In this document: positions 1-9,930 of the stretch, piece after piece
How the letters are laid out: every line of letters starts with the position of its first letter
Numbering within the stretch: the first letter of the stretch is position 1
Assembly (NCBI GenBank): GCA_000091205.1
Contig: AP006484.2
DNA from: Cyanidioschyzon merolae
Lineage: Eukaryota
Length of the DNA stretch: 64,000 nucleotides
Direction: 5' to 3' (one strand)
The notes under the pieces: generated by a model
What the model was told of the DNA's origin: nothing
Databases searched by the model: none
Seen by the model: only the letters and a program-made list of their open reading frames with translations
Program-made: the position numbers and the translations under genes

Positions 1-1188
1 TGGAAACGAGTGTCCTCGTCAGAGGCTCCTGACTATTACGAATTGGTGAAAGATCCGATAGATCTTTCCACAATTTTGGACCGGGTGAACGCTCAAGAAA
101 TTCAGACGATGCATGATCTAGTAGCTGCATTTGAGCTGTTGGCACAAAATGCGCTGCAATACAATCCGGCGGATGATGAGAAGGGAATGCGCATCCGTTC
201 GAAGGCGACTGCTCTATTGGATATCGTCCACCGCTGGGCGGATCTTCTCATGGATCCCGAGGAGAACGAGGAGGAGTCCACGATTATTGCCGAATGCGCT
301 GCAATCGTAGAGCGCAGGAAGCACGAACGCCGAATCCTGCAGTTACAACGACGCCACACCCGATCTCTCGGAAGCGATGGCGTCTTGAGCATTTCGGAGG
401 CTGCCCACCTTGTTTCCCAGTCCCGCAAGCACCACCGCATCCACGAAAGAGCCTCTGACACATTGCATGGATCTCTCCAAGATGAGCAGAACGGCCCTAT
501 GCGTGCGTCCCAAAAAAATTTCGAGGATATCGAGACGCAGCCAAACGCCTACCTTTCGTCGATGGACAACGCGCACCCGCATATCAACGGGAGCGCTACG
601 GAGTTCGCGCCTTGTCTTCGTCAGTCAGAGGGGACGAGCTCGACTTGCTTTCCCCGCGATGTGCAATGCTCACCACTGAGAGATGGATTCGCGACATCCG
701 AAATGGCGACGCCAGCAGCGTTAATCGTCACTCATGATACCGGACTTTCGGCTGGAGATCGCTCCTCCACACCAGAAGTGCAAGAACAGACGTTGAAGGG
801 AGTGCCCAGTGATTCGCCCAGAATTGTAGACATTTCGTCCAAGGAACTCGTGCAGGAGATTGCTCATACAGATTCCGAAATAACGAACTCGGCCACTGGA
901 GCGCTGCATGACGGAAAGCGCCCTAACACGCAGCCCACAGCAAACCAGATGCTCTCGCCTTACATCAGACCACCCGACTCGATGCTTCTCGATACACTGG
1001 AAACGATCATAGCAACATCAGCTGGTTTGTCCGCAGAAGAGCTGATTCGCCTCTATGAACATCTTGCGCACTGCGTGCGACACAAGCACGCACGCACTGG
1101 AGATCGCATCGCAGTGCTGTCCGAGCTGCGTGACATGGCTGCACGCAGTCGGGCGCCCGTAGATGCGCTACGAGAGCCATCTCCCTGA
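1..1188 (+). CDS. Bromodomain-containing protein, C-terminal part (5' end lies outside the window)
   Basis: The reading frame is open back to base 1 (WKRVSSSEAPDYYELVKDPIDLSTILDRVN...LAQNALQYNPADDEKGMRIRS), which is a canonical bromodomain helix B/C motif. A long S/T/P-rich disordered tail follows. Stop at 1186-1188. Confidence 0.7.
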   Translation, partial: WKRVSSSEAPDYYELVKDPIDLSTILDRVNAQEIQTMHDLVAAFELLAQNALQYNPADDEKGMRIRSKATALLDIVHRWADLLMDPEENEEESTIIAECAAIVERRKHERRILQLQRRHTRSLGSDGVLSISEAAHLVSQSRKHHRIHERASDTLHGSLQDEQNGPMRASQKNFEDIETQPNAYLSSMDNAHPHINGSATEFAPCLRQSEGTSSTCFPRDVQCSPLRDGFATSEMATPAALIVTHDTGLSAGDRSSTPEVQEQTLKGVPSDSPRIVDISSKELVQEIAHTDSEITNSATGALHDGKRPNTQPTANQMLSPYIRPPDSMLLDTLETIIATSAGLSAEELIRLYEHLAHCVRHKHARTGDRIAVLSELRDMAARSRAPVDALREPSP

Positions 1189-2630
1189 TGGCAACTCTGA
1201 TCCGTTGTGCATGCGCTGCCTCTGCGCTTCAGGTGTGTGCGCGCGGGGAGCGCACTGCCTCGAGTCGAGCGCTGGCGCTTGCACACGCATCTGGTGATCC
1301 GTGCCGAGGTTCTCGCTATGCGTGAAATGGCATTGCGTGCATGCCGGGATCTCGCAGGTCGCAGCTCACGCATGACGTGTCGCTCGTTCCGCTGCTGCGT
1401 AACCTGGAGCGGCCTGGGCCCTCGTTTGATGAGGTTAAGGTGCTCTTGATGGTGCAGCAAATGTACAAATATCGAGAACGGCTCGTGTTGGGAAGCAGAT
1501 GCGCACCATGAATACGGTAAGCTACTCAGTGGTGGTGGGACCTTTATCGAGCACGACACGGTCGCTCAGAAGCATGCGTTTACATGCTTTGCGGAATACA
1601 TATGTACAAAAAATCCAGATTCTTTTGCGAAAGACCAAGCGTATGAGGTTCCGCCAAAGAACGAAAGCAAATGTCATGAATGGATGGACGCGAGTCACAG
1701 ACCGGGATGCGAATCACGACGGAAACATTGGCGCGGTTCCTTCTGCTCCCTAAAGGCCGTGATGTGTAAACCAATTGTTCTCGCGGATCGACGAATGGTT
1801 TCTGTTGGCGTTCTATGCAAGTCGCACAGCGAATCGATGTTTGAGAGAAAGATGGCAACCGGACTCGCACGCCCGCTACCAAGACGGAGCTTCGACGGGA
1901 TCCCCATCCGAGTCAGTAAAGACGCTTCCATATCAGCGAGGCCGTCCTCTACCGCGGCGACTGGCGCGAAAGCCTCCGATGGAACACCATTCAGCTCTTG
2001 AGCGCCACAGTGGAATCACAGCGTCTTGCTCGCGCCAGTGGGTGACACAGACTCGAGGACCATTAAATATTTGAAAAGGTATAATGGTCCGCTCGCTGAC
2101 TACCGCCAAATGTCGTACAGTCATGGAATGCTTGCATGGTGCACCGATGTCGCCCAGAAATGGAATGCAAAATTGTTGAAGGGTGTTCGATGCTTGAGAC
2201 TCTTCGACGAGTGCACGGCGTGCATGCGAGAGCACCAGCAAGCACAGCAGCTGCTGAAGGACTGAACCATCCCCTAAAGGTCGACATATACTGCGCAGAA
2301 AGCGGGATGCAAGTTTGACGCCCGGATCTTACAGCGCAAGGAACCAGTTCATGAAGATTTCGAGATGTGGCTAGCGGACGCAATTGCCGGCCCGATCTGC
2401 TTACTCGGATCAACGGCTAGCATATTGGTGCTTCTAACATCAAGCAGGCTTCGTGAGCGCACGACAGTAAAATTGATGCGGAAACGTAACTTTCAGTGCC
2501 TGTCAGCAAGCCCGAAGCCTTTGCCTCAGAAATTCCATCCAGTCTCAGGGCACAGCATCCAAGCCGAGCACTTTTGGATGCGCACATACAGCTCGTAAAC
2601 GAAGCGCTGCCGTCATCGAGCGGTTGCTCG

Positions 2631-4457
2631 CTACGAAGGACTCGAGTTCCCGAGTTCGATCCTGCCAGGGGTCATGTCGTTTCTGCTGATTCGCCGCATT
2701 CGCCGACGGCGTCTCCTGCGACGAATGAAGAGCACCAGGAGGCCGACAATCAGTGCCGCGACCGCTGCAGAGGCTACCGTCACAATGCTCGCGATCGCAG
2801 CAGTGTCTAGTGCGTTTCCGCTGCTGGGTGCAGTCTTATCACCAAGTTGCTTCCAATTCATCGAGAGGGCATTGCGGGAGGAGCAGCCCATAACACGTAC
2901 AGGTGTGCCCGTTTCGCTGGTCAGATATTTCGCTAGATCCGCGCTTTGAATTCTTGAAAGGAATCTACCAGCGAAAGCAGGTCCAATAAGCATGATGTAC
3001 TGAGCGAGCGTTCCGCGCGCGAGAGTTTTCCCATGACCACCGCCACCGGAAGCCGTCTCATAGAGCACGATGTCTAGCAGTGGAATCGACGAACTTGCAA
3101 GAATTTCCTGTACGCCCCGTCGCAAGGACGAGTCAATTGCCACGGTAAATTGTTCAGGAGCATACCACGAGAGTTTCGGAAAGTATATCAGAACATACAT
3201 GGGCAGAGATCCGGGAGTCGTGGGTAATCCTCCTCGCAAAGCGCGGGCAGGTGCCTCTAAAGGCCTCTGCCTCCATCGCATTCGCCAAATATCTCCGAAG
3301 ACGGTCTCGTTGCCGAGGCCCCCAATCAACACTAGACTCTCATCATTCACGAGAGTCATCGTGTGGAAGCTGCGCGCGAGGGGCGTATCAGAAGCTGCAG
3401 AGCTGTTACACTCTTGAAGTCTTCGCCAGTTTGCCGCACCTCTGCCGTCAATGTGCACCAACCAGAGATCGTTGAGAGGAACCAATTCGCCCGGATGGCA
3501 CGCTGTCCGATTACCCGAACAAGTGCGGCCTCCAAACAGAATCCAACTCGGATACTGCGACAACCAGGAGGGCGCGCGAGTAAGGGTATGCCCCTCGCGC
3601 GGCAGCGGCAGCGCTTGTGAATCAGCAGATGGAGGAACGTTCTGCCACTCTCCTGATGCGGTGCGGAATATCCATAAATCGTTGAAGACTCTGTATTCTG
3701 TACTGCTGCCATTGATTGAGGCTCGAGAGCCACCGAAGTATAACGAATCTCGGTCGGAAAACGGAGCAGCTGCAGCGGCTGCCCTGGCTGCTGGATAAGT
3801 AGAGTCCTGCTCTGGAGGCCCAGACTCTGCGCAGCTCGCCCCCATACGAGTCGGAAAAAGGATATTCCAGGTGCTCTTCGGGAAATCGAACATAAACACG
3901 CACCGCGAGTAGACTCCATTTCCGATATCACCACCAAAGTAGAGTATCTGTTGGCCGCGCCTCGTCATAGATATGGCTTGTTTCTGGATCGGAATGATGC
4001 CGCGACCCCATCCTGACGGCCATAGCGAGCTCATTCGGTACAATGGAGAACGCTCGATGACCTGCATTCGATCCGCCCAGTTCATAGGCCGTCGAAGAAT
4101 GTCCAATAAGTAAAAACTGTTCGTCAACGCTTCGCTGTCAGCAGTGGTGGTGCTGGCATCCGCGTCAGCTGTGAGGCCCCCGAAAACGACGAGACGGTGG
4201 CCCGCAACAACCGCCGCTTGGAAACTTCGAGCTGCAGGTACCGATCCATCGGCCAGCTCAGATCTGCACGACTCTGAAACGGGGTCGAACAGAAATACAT
4301 CGCCAAAAGGTGTCGCGTCGAAACCGCGACCGGCGTATATATAGACCAGGTCTGTTGTTCCGTTGAAGAAACTGGGTGCTGAGTGACCGTATCGAGGCTC
4401 TAGTGGGTAGTGACTGCTGCGCAGTTTCGACCATTCCACACAGACAGCAGCGACCAT
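2631..4457 (-). CDS. Kelch-repeat (beta-propeller) protein with a C-terminal transmembrane segment and poly-Arg tail
   Basis: A 608-aa ORF with an ATG at 4455-4457 on the minus strand. Kelch-like units recur (GHSAPSF..YIYAGRG..GDVFLFDP; HRLVVFGG; ILYFGGD; SLYFGGS; LVLIGGL). The C-terminus reads VTVASAAVAALIVGLLVLFIRRRRRRRRMRR, a hydrophobic helix followed by a basic stop-transfer stretch. Confidence 0.7.
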   Translation of the reverse strand: MVAAVCVEWSKLRSSHYPLEPRYGHSAPSFFNGTTDLVYIYAGRGFDATPFGDVFLFDPVSESCRSELADGSVPAARSFQAAVVAGHRLVVFGGLTADADASTTTADSEALTNSFYLLDILRRPMNWADRMQVIERSPLYRMSSLWPSGWGRGIIPIQKQAISMTRRGQQILYFGGDIGNGVYSRCVFMFDFPKSTWNILFPTRMGASCAESGPPEQDSTYPAARAAAAAAPFSDRDSLYFGGSRASINGSSTEYRVFNDLWIFRTASGEWQNVPPSADSQALPLPREGHTLTRAPSWLSQYPSWILFGGRTCSGNRTACHPGELVPLNDLWLVHIDGRGAANWRRLQECNSSAASDTPLARSFHTMTLVNDESLVLIGGLGNETVFGDIWRMRWRQRPLEAPARALRGGLPTTPGSLPMYVLIYFPKLSWYAPEQFTVAIDSSLRRGVQEILASSSIPLLDIVLYETASGGGGHGKTLARGTLAQYIMLIGPAFAGRFLSRIQSADLAKYLTSETGTPVRVMGCSSRNALSMNWKQLGDKTAPSSGNALDTAAIASIVTVASAAVAALIVGLLVLFIRRRRRRRRMRRISRNDMTPGRIELGNSSPS

Positions 4458-4739
4458 GGAACAAAGACCACTACACCCGCTCGAAGAGGATACTTAAATT
4501 TGCGGAGAAACAGATCGCTGCTTGCGCCATGTGCTACCCAATCACCAGTATGAACCATTTTGGAACCTAAATGTATATTTAGTTTCATTATAACCCCATG
4601 GCGGCACGTGCGGAGACTTTTGACCTGATCGTTGCTCCTTGCGTAAGGCGCTTGTAGTCTCCCAAATCAATCGTGCTCAACCCCCAGGTGCAAATAATCA
4701 AATGCTTTTGTCGCGGTTTAAGGCAGATGCATTCGATGG

Positions 4740-5205
4740 GCATTCATTTTCAAAAATTAACAATCCAAGGGAAAGGTATTGGCATGGAAGTCGAGGTTCC
4801 TGAAAGCTTGGTGTTGCCAGATCGGTGAAAAATCGGAAAAAACTTTTCTCCCAACAATCGAGCAAAGAAGAGCCAGTGCTTGAAAAGAAGTTGAAAGGGA
4901 GGCGGTCGAGAAAAAAAGTTTTGCCCAAAGGGACGATGACGAGACTGTAGTGGCACAGAGGGCATGAGTTCTAGGAATCCCTCCACTGGTGCGTACAAGC
5001 AGTAGCTAGAAACGCGTGTAATTCGTGAGCTGCGACTTAACCGCCGCCGTTAACACCAGGAGATGTGCGATGCTGAAGACGAGACCCTCAGAGCTGACGC
5101 GGACGAACTTTGTGGAGCAGCCCTTCTTGGATCGAATTGTACAAGGAGTTGAGGCGGAGAGCATGCTGCCGGTCAAAATGACTGGGAGGAGTCTGCGCGT
5201 GGGTA
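4740..5205 (+). repeat. Diverged relic of the TnpB/Fanzor-like element family (3' portion only)
   Basis: About 470 bp align by eye to 47725-48195 and to the 3' end of repeat B. The translated frame gives ..VSCDLTAAVNTRRCAMLKTRPSELTRTNFVEQP.., compared with NRDFNAAINFRRCALLKTEPEELRRYNFVRQP in repeat B. The conserved nucleotide tail ..ggtcaaaatgactgggaggagtctgcgcgtgggta matches the B1 tail. No intact ORF. Confidence 0.45.
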
Positions 5206-6339
5206 GATATGTGTGCTCCCAATGTTCCTAGAACGTTTATCGTTATGCTGAAGCGCATGTAAAAAGTAGTGTTGAATTCTTTCTTGTACAATAATGTGGT
5301 GCAATTTGCTGCACCCACGAGTTGAGATGAAAGAGAAAGATCAAAAACATTCAGAAATGCGATGTTTGCGCATACTGCACGTTAGGAAAGAAGAATGCCG
5401 GAGGTTTGTACGATGAATTGGATAATGACAGCAGTCAGTTTACGAACGCTCGGTCGAATGCATTCCAAATCATCTTGATTCTGGTGACGCTGTAAAGTTC
5501 AGCTGCAAAAATCGATGGAGCAACATCGAGAGCGAACAGAGATCCCTCGAAGTACTTATGAATTCCCAAGCCCTAATTGTAGCCCGTTGTATGCCAAGGC
5601 TGTATAAAAGTTCCTTGAAACATCGAAAGTCCGGAATGGAGCGAGCTGTTCAGTGGTTAACTTAAATCTTAAACGGGTTTAGCACTGCGGTCGCATGGGC
5701 TATAACGCACTCCATGTCCATGCCGCCGTCCCTAGCATGCCACATCCTGCTCGTAAGCGGATGCTGAGCATTTACACAAGTTGATTAGTACGCATCGAAC
5801 AATCAATCCTTGCCAACGAAAGGGAGCTGATGCCTCCCCTTCAGCGCTCCGCATTTACAGATGGTTGCGATGAAAACGCTGGCAATTCTACTGGAAATCA
5901 CAGGACGGTGGAACAGGCTTCGTTTTACTCGAAGCACAACTCTGGTCACGTATTTCGCTCCGGCACTCTCACATTGTGGCCACAGAGCGTATCACTCACA
6001 GCTTGAAACGCGTGCTGGAGCCCATGCAGTATGCGTCTTCGGATGAATGAGCGCTGCGGAAGGTTTCACTCAGACGCCTCCCGGAGCTGTCCTGTTAACG
6101 GTTGAAATTCATATCATAGAGCAGAATTGTAAATCGAGCTCTTGCACCTCTTGTGGCACAGGGACTGATAAGCGCTTCGCCCTCAATGCTCTTTATTCAT
6201 TGCAAAAAGCAAAGCTCCCAAACGCTACTGGATTGAATGCGTACAATGCAGAACCAAGACTGTAGCGTACTCCCCGATGCTACGGCATCGACTGCCACTT
6301 TCATGCTTTACATCCTCAAATGCTGCTGCCAGCTGGGGT

Positions 6340-7767
6340 CTATGAGTTTTCGGCATAGATATTCGAGGGAAGAAGAATATGAAGGCCAACCTGCCCCAGC
6401 GCCGCCAAGCAGTCCATCTGGGAGGATGTTTCAATCCAATGTGCCTCTTTCGCGGATTTCAAACCCTCGTGCAGAAATAGTAGCTGCGCTGGAATGTCAT
6501 CTACAGAGTCAGACGATGCCAACCCGTCACACTTCCGGTCTAGTCTTGCCGGGTCTTCCTCAAATAGTGGTTCAAGCGACAAGTCCCAGATGCTAACGGA
6601 GCCGTCGCCACATGTCGCACAGAACATCGAAGGCTCGATTCTGTTCCACTCGAGGGAATAGATCGGATCCTTATGGTATGAGAGGCTCGCCACAGGCGTC
6701 GAACCTTCGATACTGCCGCTCATCCGCAGGTCCCACACGTGAATCTGCCCTTGGTCGTCCCCTGATATGATTTGCTTTGGATAGCGGCGGTTCCATGCGA
6801 TGGCGTTGACATCACAGGGATGGGCTTCCGTCAGTTCTATAGCGGGACGATTCGCGGCCCGAAGATCGAGCACTTTAATGGAACGATCGCATGAACAGGA
6901 TGCAATTAGAGACGGCTCCGTTGGACTCCACTGAAGATCTTCGATTGAAGCACCATGTAATCTAAGCATCCTGTCACCGTTCGGTTGCAAAATTGCCCAG
7001 CCCGATTCGTTGCTTTGGATGATAGCGAGCTGACCATATATATCACCGACAGCTAGCATACCGACTTGGAGCGTCGACCAATCCAGGGCGAAACCCTCCT
7101 GGCCACTTCTATCCAGCAACCGAAAGACGGGTTCAGTTGGTAAGGCTTCGCGGAATGGGACCGTATCCGCCGCTTGTGGAGGTAGCGCGGTGAGAGCATC
7201 GGCAAGGTTGAAAATTGACACCCCGGAAGACTCCCCCCAACAGGCTGCAACGTGTGGCGCCTGCGGCAGGCAGCGGACCCTATTCGTGCACTCACCACGT
7301 GGTATCCTTACAGCGCTGATTTTCGGTCGTCGCCTCCTTGTGGATCGGTCATCCGCTCTCTCGAGATCACTCGAGTCAACTACGATTTCACTTTCTGTTT
7401 CAGAATCACTGCCAGAACTGCTGCTCGATCCGTCGCTTGCGGTTAAAGCTAGTCCACTCAAGTGCAAGAGATAAAGAGCATTCGCGTCTGCAAAGCGTGC
7501 CTGCGAGCCTAGCAGGAGCCATAGTTCACCGTCGTCCTTGAAGTTTTCGGGGACGCGGCACCAGTCGAAAGAGAGACAGGGCCACTCCAAGGTAAGCCGA
7601 TGCAGCTGTTTATAAACGCTCAAGTCATAAACAGTCTCCGTAGACTCCGTATACACAGAACCTGTGCCAGTCTTTGTCTTCCTCCTGCAGGAGGTATTCT
7701 TGCTCGCGCTCGTCGAAGGGAAGTTGCTCCGCTGGGCTGCTCCTTTTCGCCGGAGACCTTTTGGCAT
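6340..7767 (-). CDS. GRWD1: Glutamate-rich WD-repeat protein (GRWD1 / yeast Rrb1-like ribosome-biogenesis WD40 protein)
   Basis: The ORF-track start at 7851 is a TTG; the first in-frame ATG is at 7765-7767 (MPKGLRRKGAAQRS). The N-terminal stretch VYDLSVYKQLHRLTLEWPCLSFDW is the conserved GRWD1 N-terminal motif. An acidic/Ser-rich linker follows, then a C-terminal WD40 propeller (IKVLDLRA.., IHVWDLRM.., VSIWDLSLE). Confidence 0.8.
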   Translation of the reverse strand: MPKGLRRKGAAQRSNFPSTSASKNTSCRRKTKTGTGSVYTESTETVYDLSVYKQLHRLTLEWPCLSFDWCRVPENFKDDGELWLLLGSQARFADANALYLLHLSGLALTASDGSSSSSGSDSETESEIVVDSSDLERADDRSTRRRRPKISAVRIPRGECTNRVRCLPQAPHVAACWGESSGVSIFNLADALTALPPQAADTVPFREALPTEPVFRLLDRSGQEGFALDWSTLQVGMLAVGDIYGQLAIIQSNESGWAILQPNGDRMLRLHGASIEDLQWSPTEPSLIASCSCDRSIKVLDLRAANRPAIELTEAHPCDVNAIAWNRRYPKQIISGDDQGQIHVWDLRMSGSIEGSTPVASLSYHKDPIYSLEWNRIEPSMFCATCGDGSVSIWDLSLEPLFEEDPARLDRKCDGLASSDSVDDIPAQLLFLHEGLKSAKEAHWIETSSQMDCLAALGQVGLHILLPSNIYAENS

Positions 7768-7894
7768 GCTGCTTTCGGAGCTAGGCAATAGAGTCGAAAG
7801 GCAAACTATGGACGTCGCTGCATAGCGTCTCAGTCTGCCGGCGAACGCCAATGCTGCTGCACGCAGTCAAAATGGACGCCAGAACCGCATCGAA

Positions 7895-9296
7895 CGTGCA
7901 CTACATGAAATGTTTCCATCCATGGCATTATAGAGCGGAACGAGTTCCAGCGAGGTAAGACGGCCACACACAATCAAGCATGAGCGTCTTCTCGCTGTCA
8001 TCAACACAGGCTTTTGCCGGGTTCTTTGTGACGAGTTCCTTCGTCCCTCCCTTATATCCTTCTTTGAATACGTCGGTCTCCCCTTTCCCTCGGCATCTGT
8101 TGTCCGCAGACGGAGGAGGTTCATGGCAGCGTTACTGTCCAGACTCCGCACGTTCCGACTGTTGGCCGCACACTTCATGCGCACGCAGGCGTTGCAATCT
8201 ATTTATCGCTTACTGCACTCATTTTCTATGTTTACGGCCTCGGTGCGCCTCTCGCAGGGATGACACCTGCTTATGGTGAAATTCCCTCACATTTCCGCCA
8301 CATATTCTATCTAGAGCGCCGCCACGTAGCGCGCGAACGCGTGCTTCATCCGTCGGTATGTGCCCTTGACATGCACAGGAGGCTCTCTTCAGTGCCCCCC
8401 TCTGTTTGGTCGTCTGGTACGGTACCCCACGATCACGGGCTTGCTGTGAGCGATTCCAGGGGTGCGTTTTCTGTCCAGCGCACACGCGAGCACACGTTGT
8501 TCCATTCGATGAAGGATTCGTCGAATGCAATACTATCTCTGATGAAACAAGAGCCGGAAGCAAGGTCGAGACTGAAGAACAATTCGAAACGTTTCGATGC
8601 ATCTACGCTCCGTTCGTGCAACCAGGTGACGCACGCTTCACCCGGGGAGATCACAGCAATGACTAAAGGCCGAGTCCGGGACCCGTTTCCGCGCAAACGG
8701 AAACTGCGGGAGCCCCTGGGCATCATACCCAGTGAGATGTGTGGTGCCGTTGTCGAAAGCCGTTTCGTCGATAGCCACAAAGAGAGGAGGATTTTTCTCG
8801 CGAACGCGATCGATTATTTGACGTGAACAGCCCAGTGAAGTTGCAACACGAGCTTGTGAAATAGCAGTCGAAGGATGGCGTCTTGGCAAGCACTTTTCCT
8901 CGTCCATCCAGGGGCGCGACATGCTGCGCACGCGAGTTGCCCTGAAACAGAAAGATCGAAGACTTGAAGAATGCGTGATCTAGGCATGCTATGTGTAAGC
9001 AAAAGAGAAGTGCCGCGGCACGTACGCGTCGAAATGTTTTACGATATCGGCTATTTTATTAGCCCGCGTTCGAGCGCGTCGCGAACCATTGTGATCATGG
9101 TCATGCGAAGTATTCCCGGGGTAAAGACTCGGAGGCATCACATCGGAAAGACGTCCGCGGATTCTCGACTGTTTGCGAATCCTCACGCGGTTATCGCTGC
9201 TTATCGGATGTCGAGCATGTACATCCCAAAAGTTCGGAAAAAATGAATGGCAAGAATAGAGTACGCATGTCAGTTTCCTTTCTTAATCCAACACGA
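7895..9296. repeat. Dispersed repeat family A, copy 1 (about 1.4 kb, unclassified)
   Basis: It is nearly identical, with only a few substitutions, to 15848-17249 at a constant offset of 7953 bp. The same nested short ORFs (127, 188, 115 and 97 aa) appear in both copies. No TIR or LTR structure is visible. Confidence 0.85.
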
Positions 9297-9930
9297 ATAT
9301 CGAGCTTGAAACCCTGTCCTGGACTCTCTCTCGAACAGAAACATCGTAGGGAGAGTATGGATGAAGGGCCTTTTACGCAATATCTGAATATGCGGAGCAT
9401 CTACCATCGTCAATCTGCATCTTAGGCCTTGGAGTATGCAAACACGATGACCAAGGCGAAGCAGAGCGAACGCGATCGATTTTTCGAAGCGGAACATGAA
9501 AATTTCCACTGTTTAGTGTAGAATCAAAATGGGTTTTCACAAGTTTCCAGCAGTGCAGAACAGTTGGTCTTCATTTTCAACGCAAACGAAGGCGCGGAGT
9601 ACTTGCGTTCCAGTCTATATATTTATTGCACCTACTAAATCGGCCACAACATGGAACAGTAATTTTAACAGTACGGAAAATCACCCTTCCCGCAGAGCTT
9701 ATTCGTCCCGACAAGAGGCCAGCACCTGCTAAACCGTATGGCGAATTCAATCCAAAAATTTTTCTGACTTCCAGCGTCAAGAACGCAGGGCCTACGTATC
9801 TTGAGGTTAAAATGTTCAAGTCGAATTTCACTCGAAATACACGGTTCTCGGGTAAGATAGGAATCAATGGTTCCAGAGTTCTCAAAATCGGGATCGAATA
9901 AACAAAAAGAGTGGGACTGCGATCTTCTTA

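Noticed and set aside
1188-2631. Several 80-120-aa ORFs on both strands between the bromodomain and kelch genes
   Set aside because: They are mutually overlapping, lack conserved motifs and show no codon-periodic signal that I could discern. They are likely 3' UTR or intergenic sequence between convergent genes.
8433-8931. DDE-transposase-like motifs in repeat A (minus-strand FVAIDETAF and IAFDESFIEW)
   Set aside because: These are two short motif-like strings in different frames, with no surrounding DDE fold features (no second D or E spacing). They are overlapped by equally long plus-strand ORFs, so they cannot be distinguished from chance.
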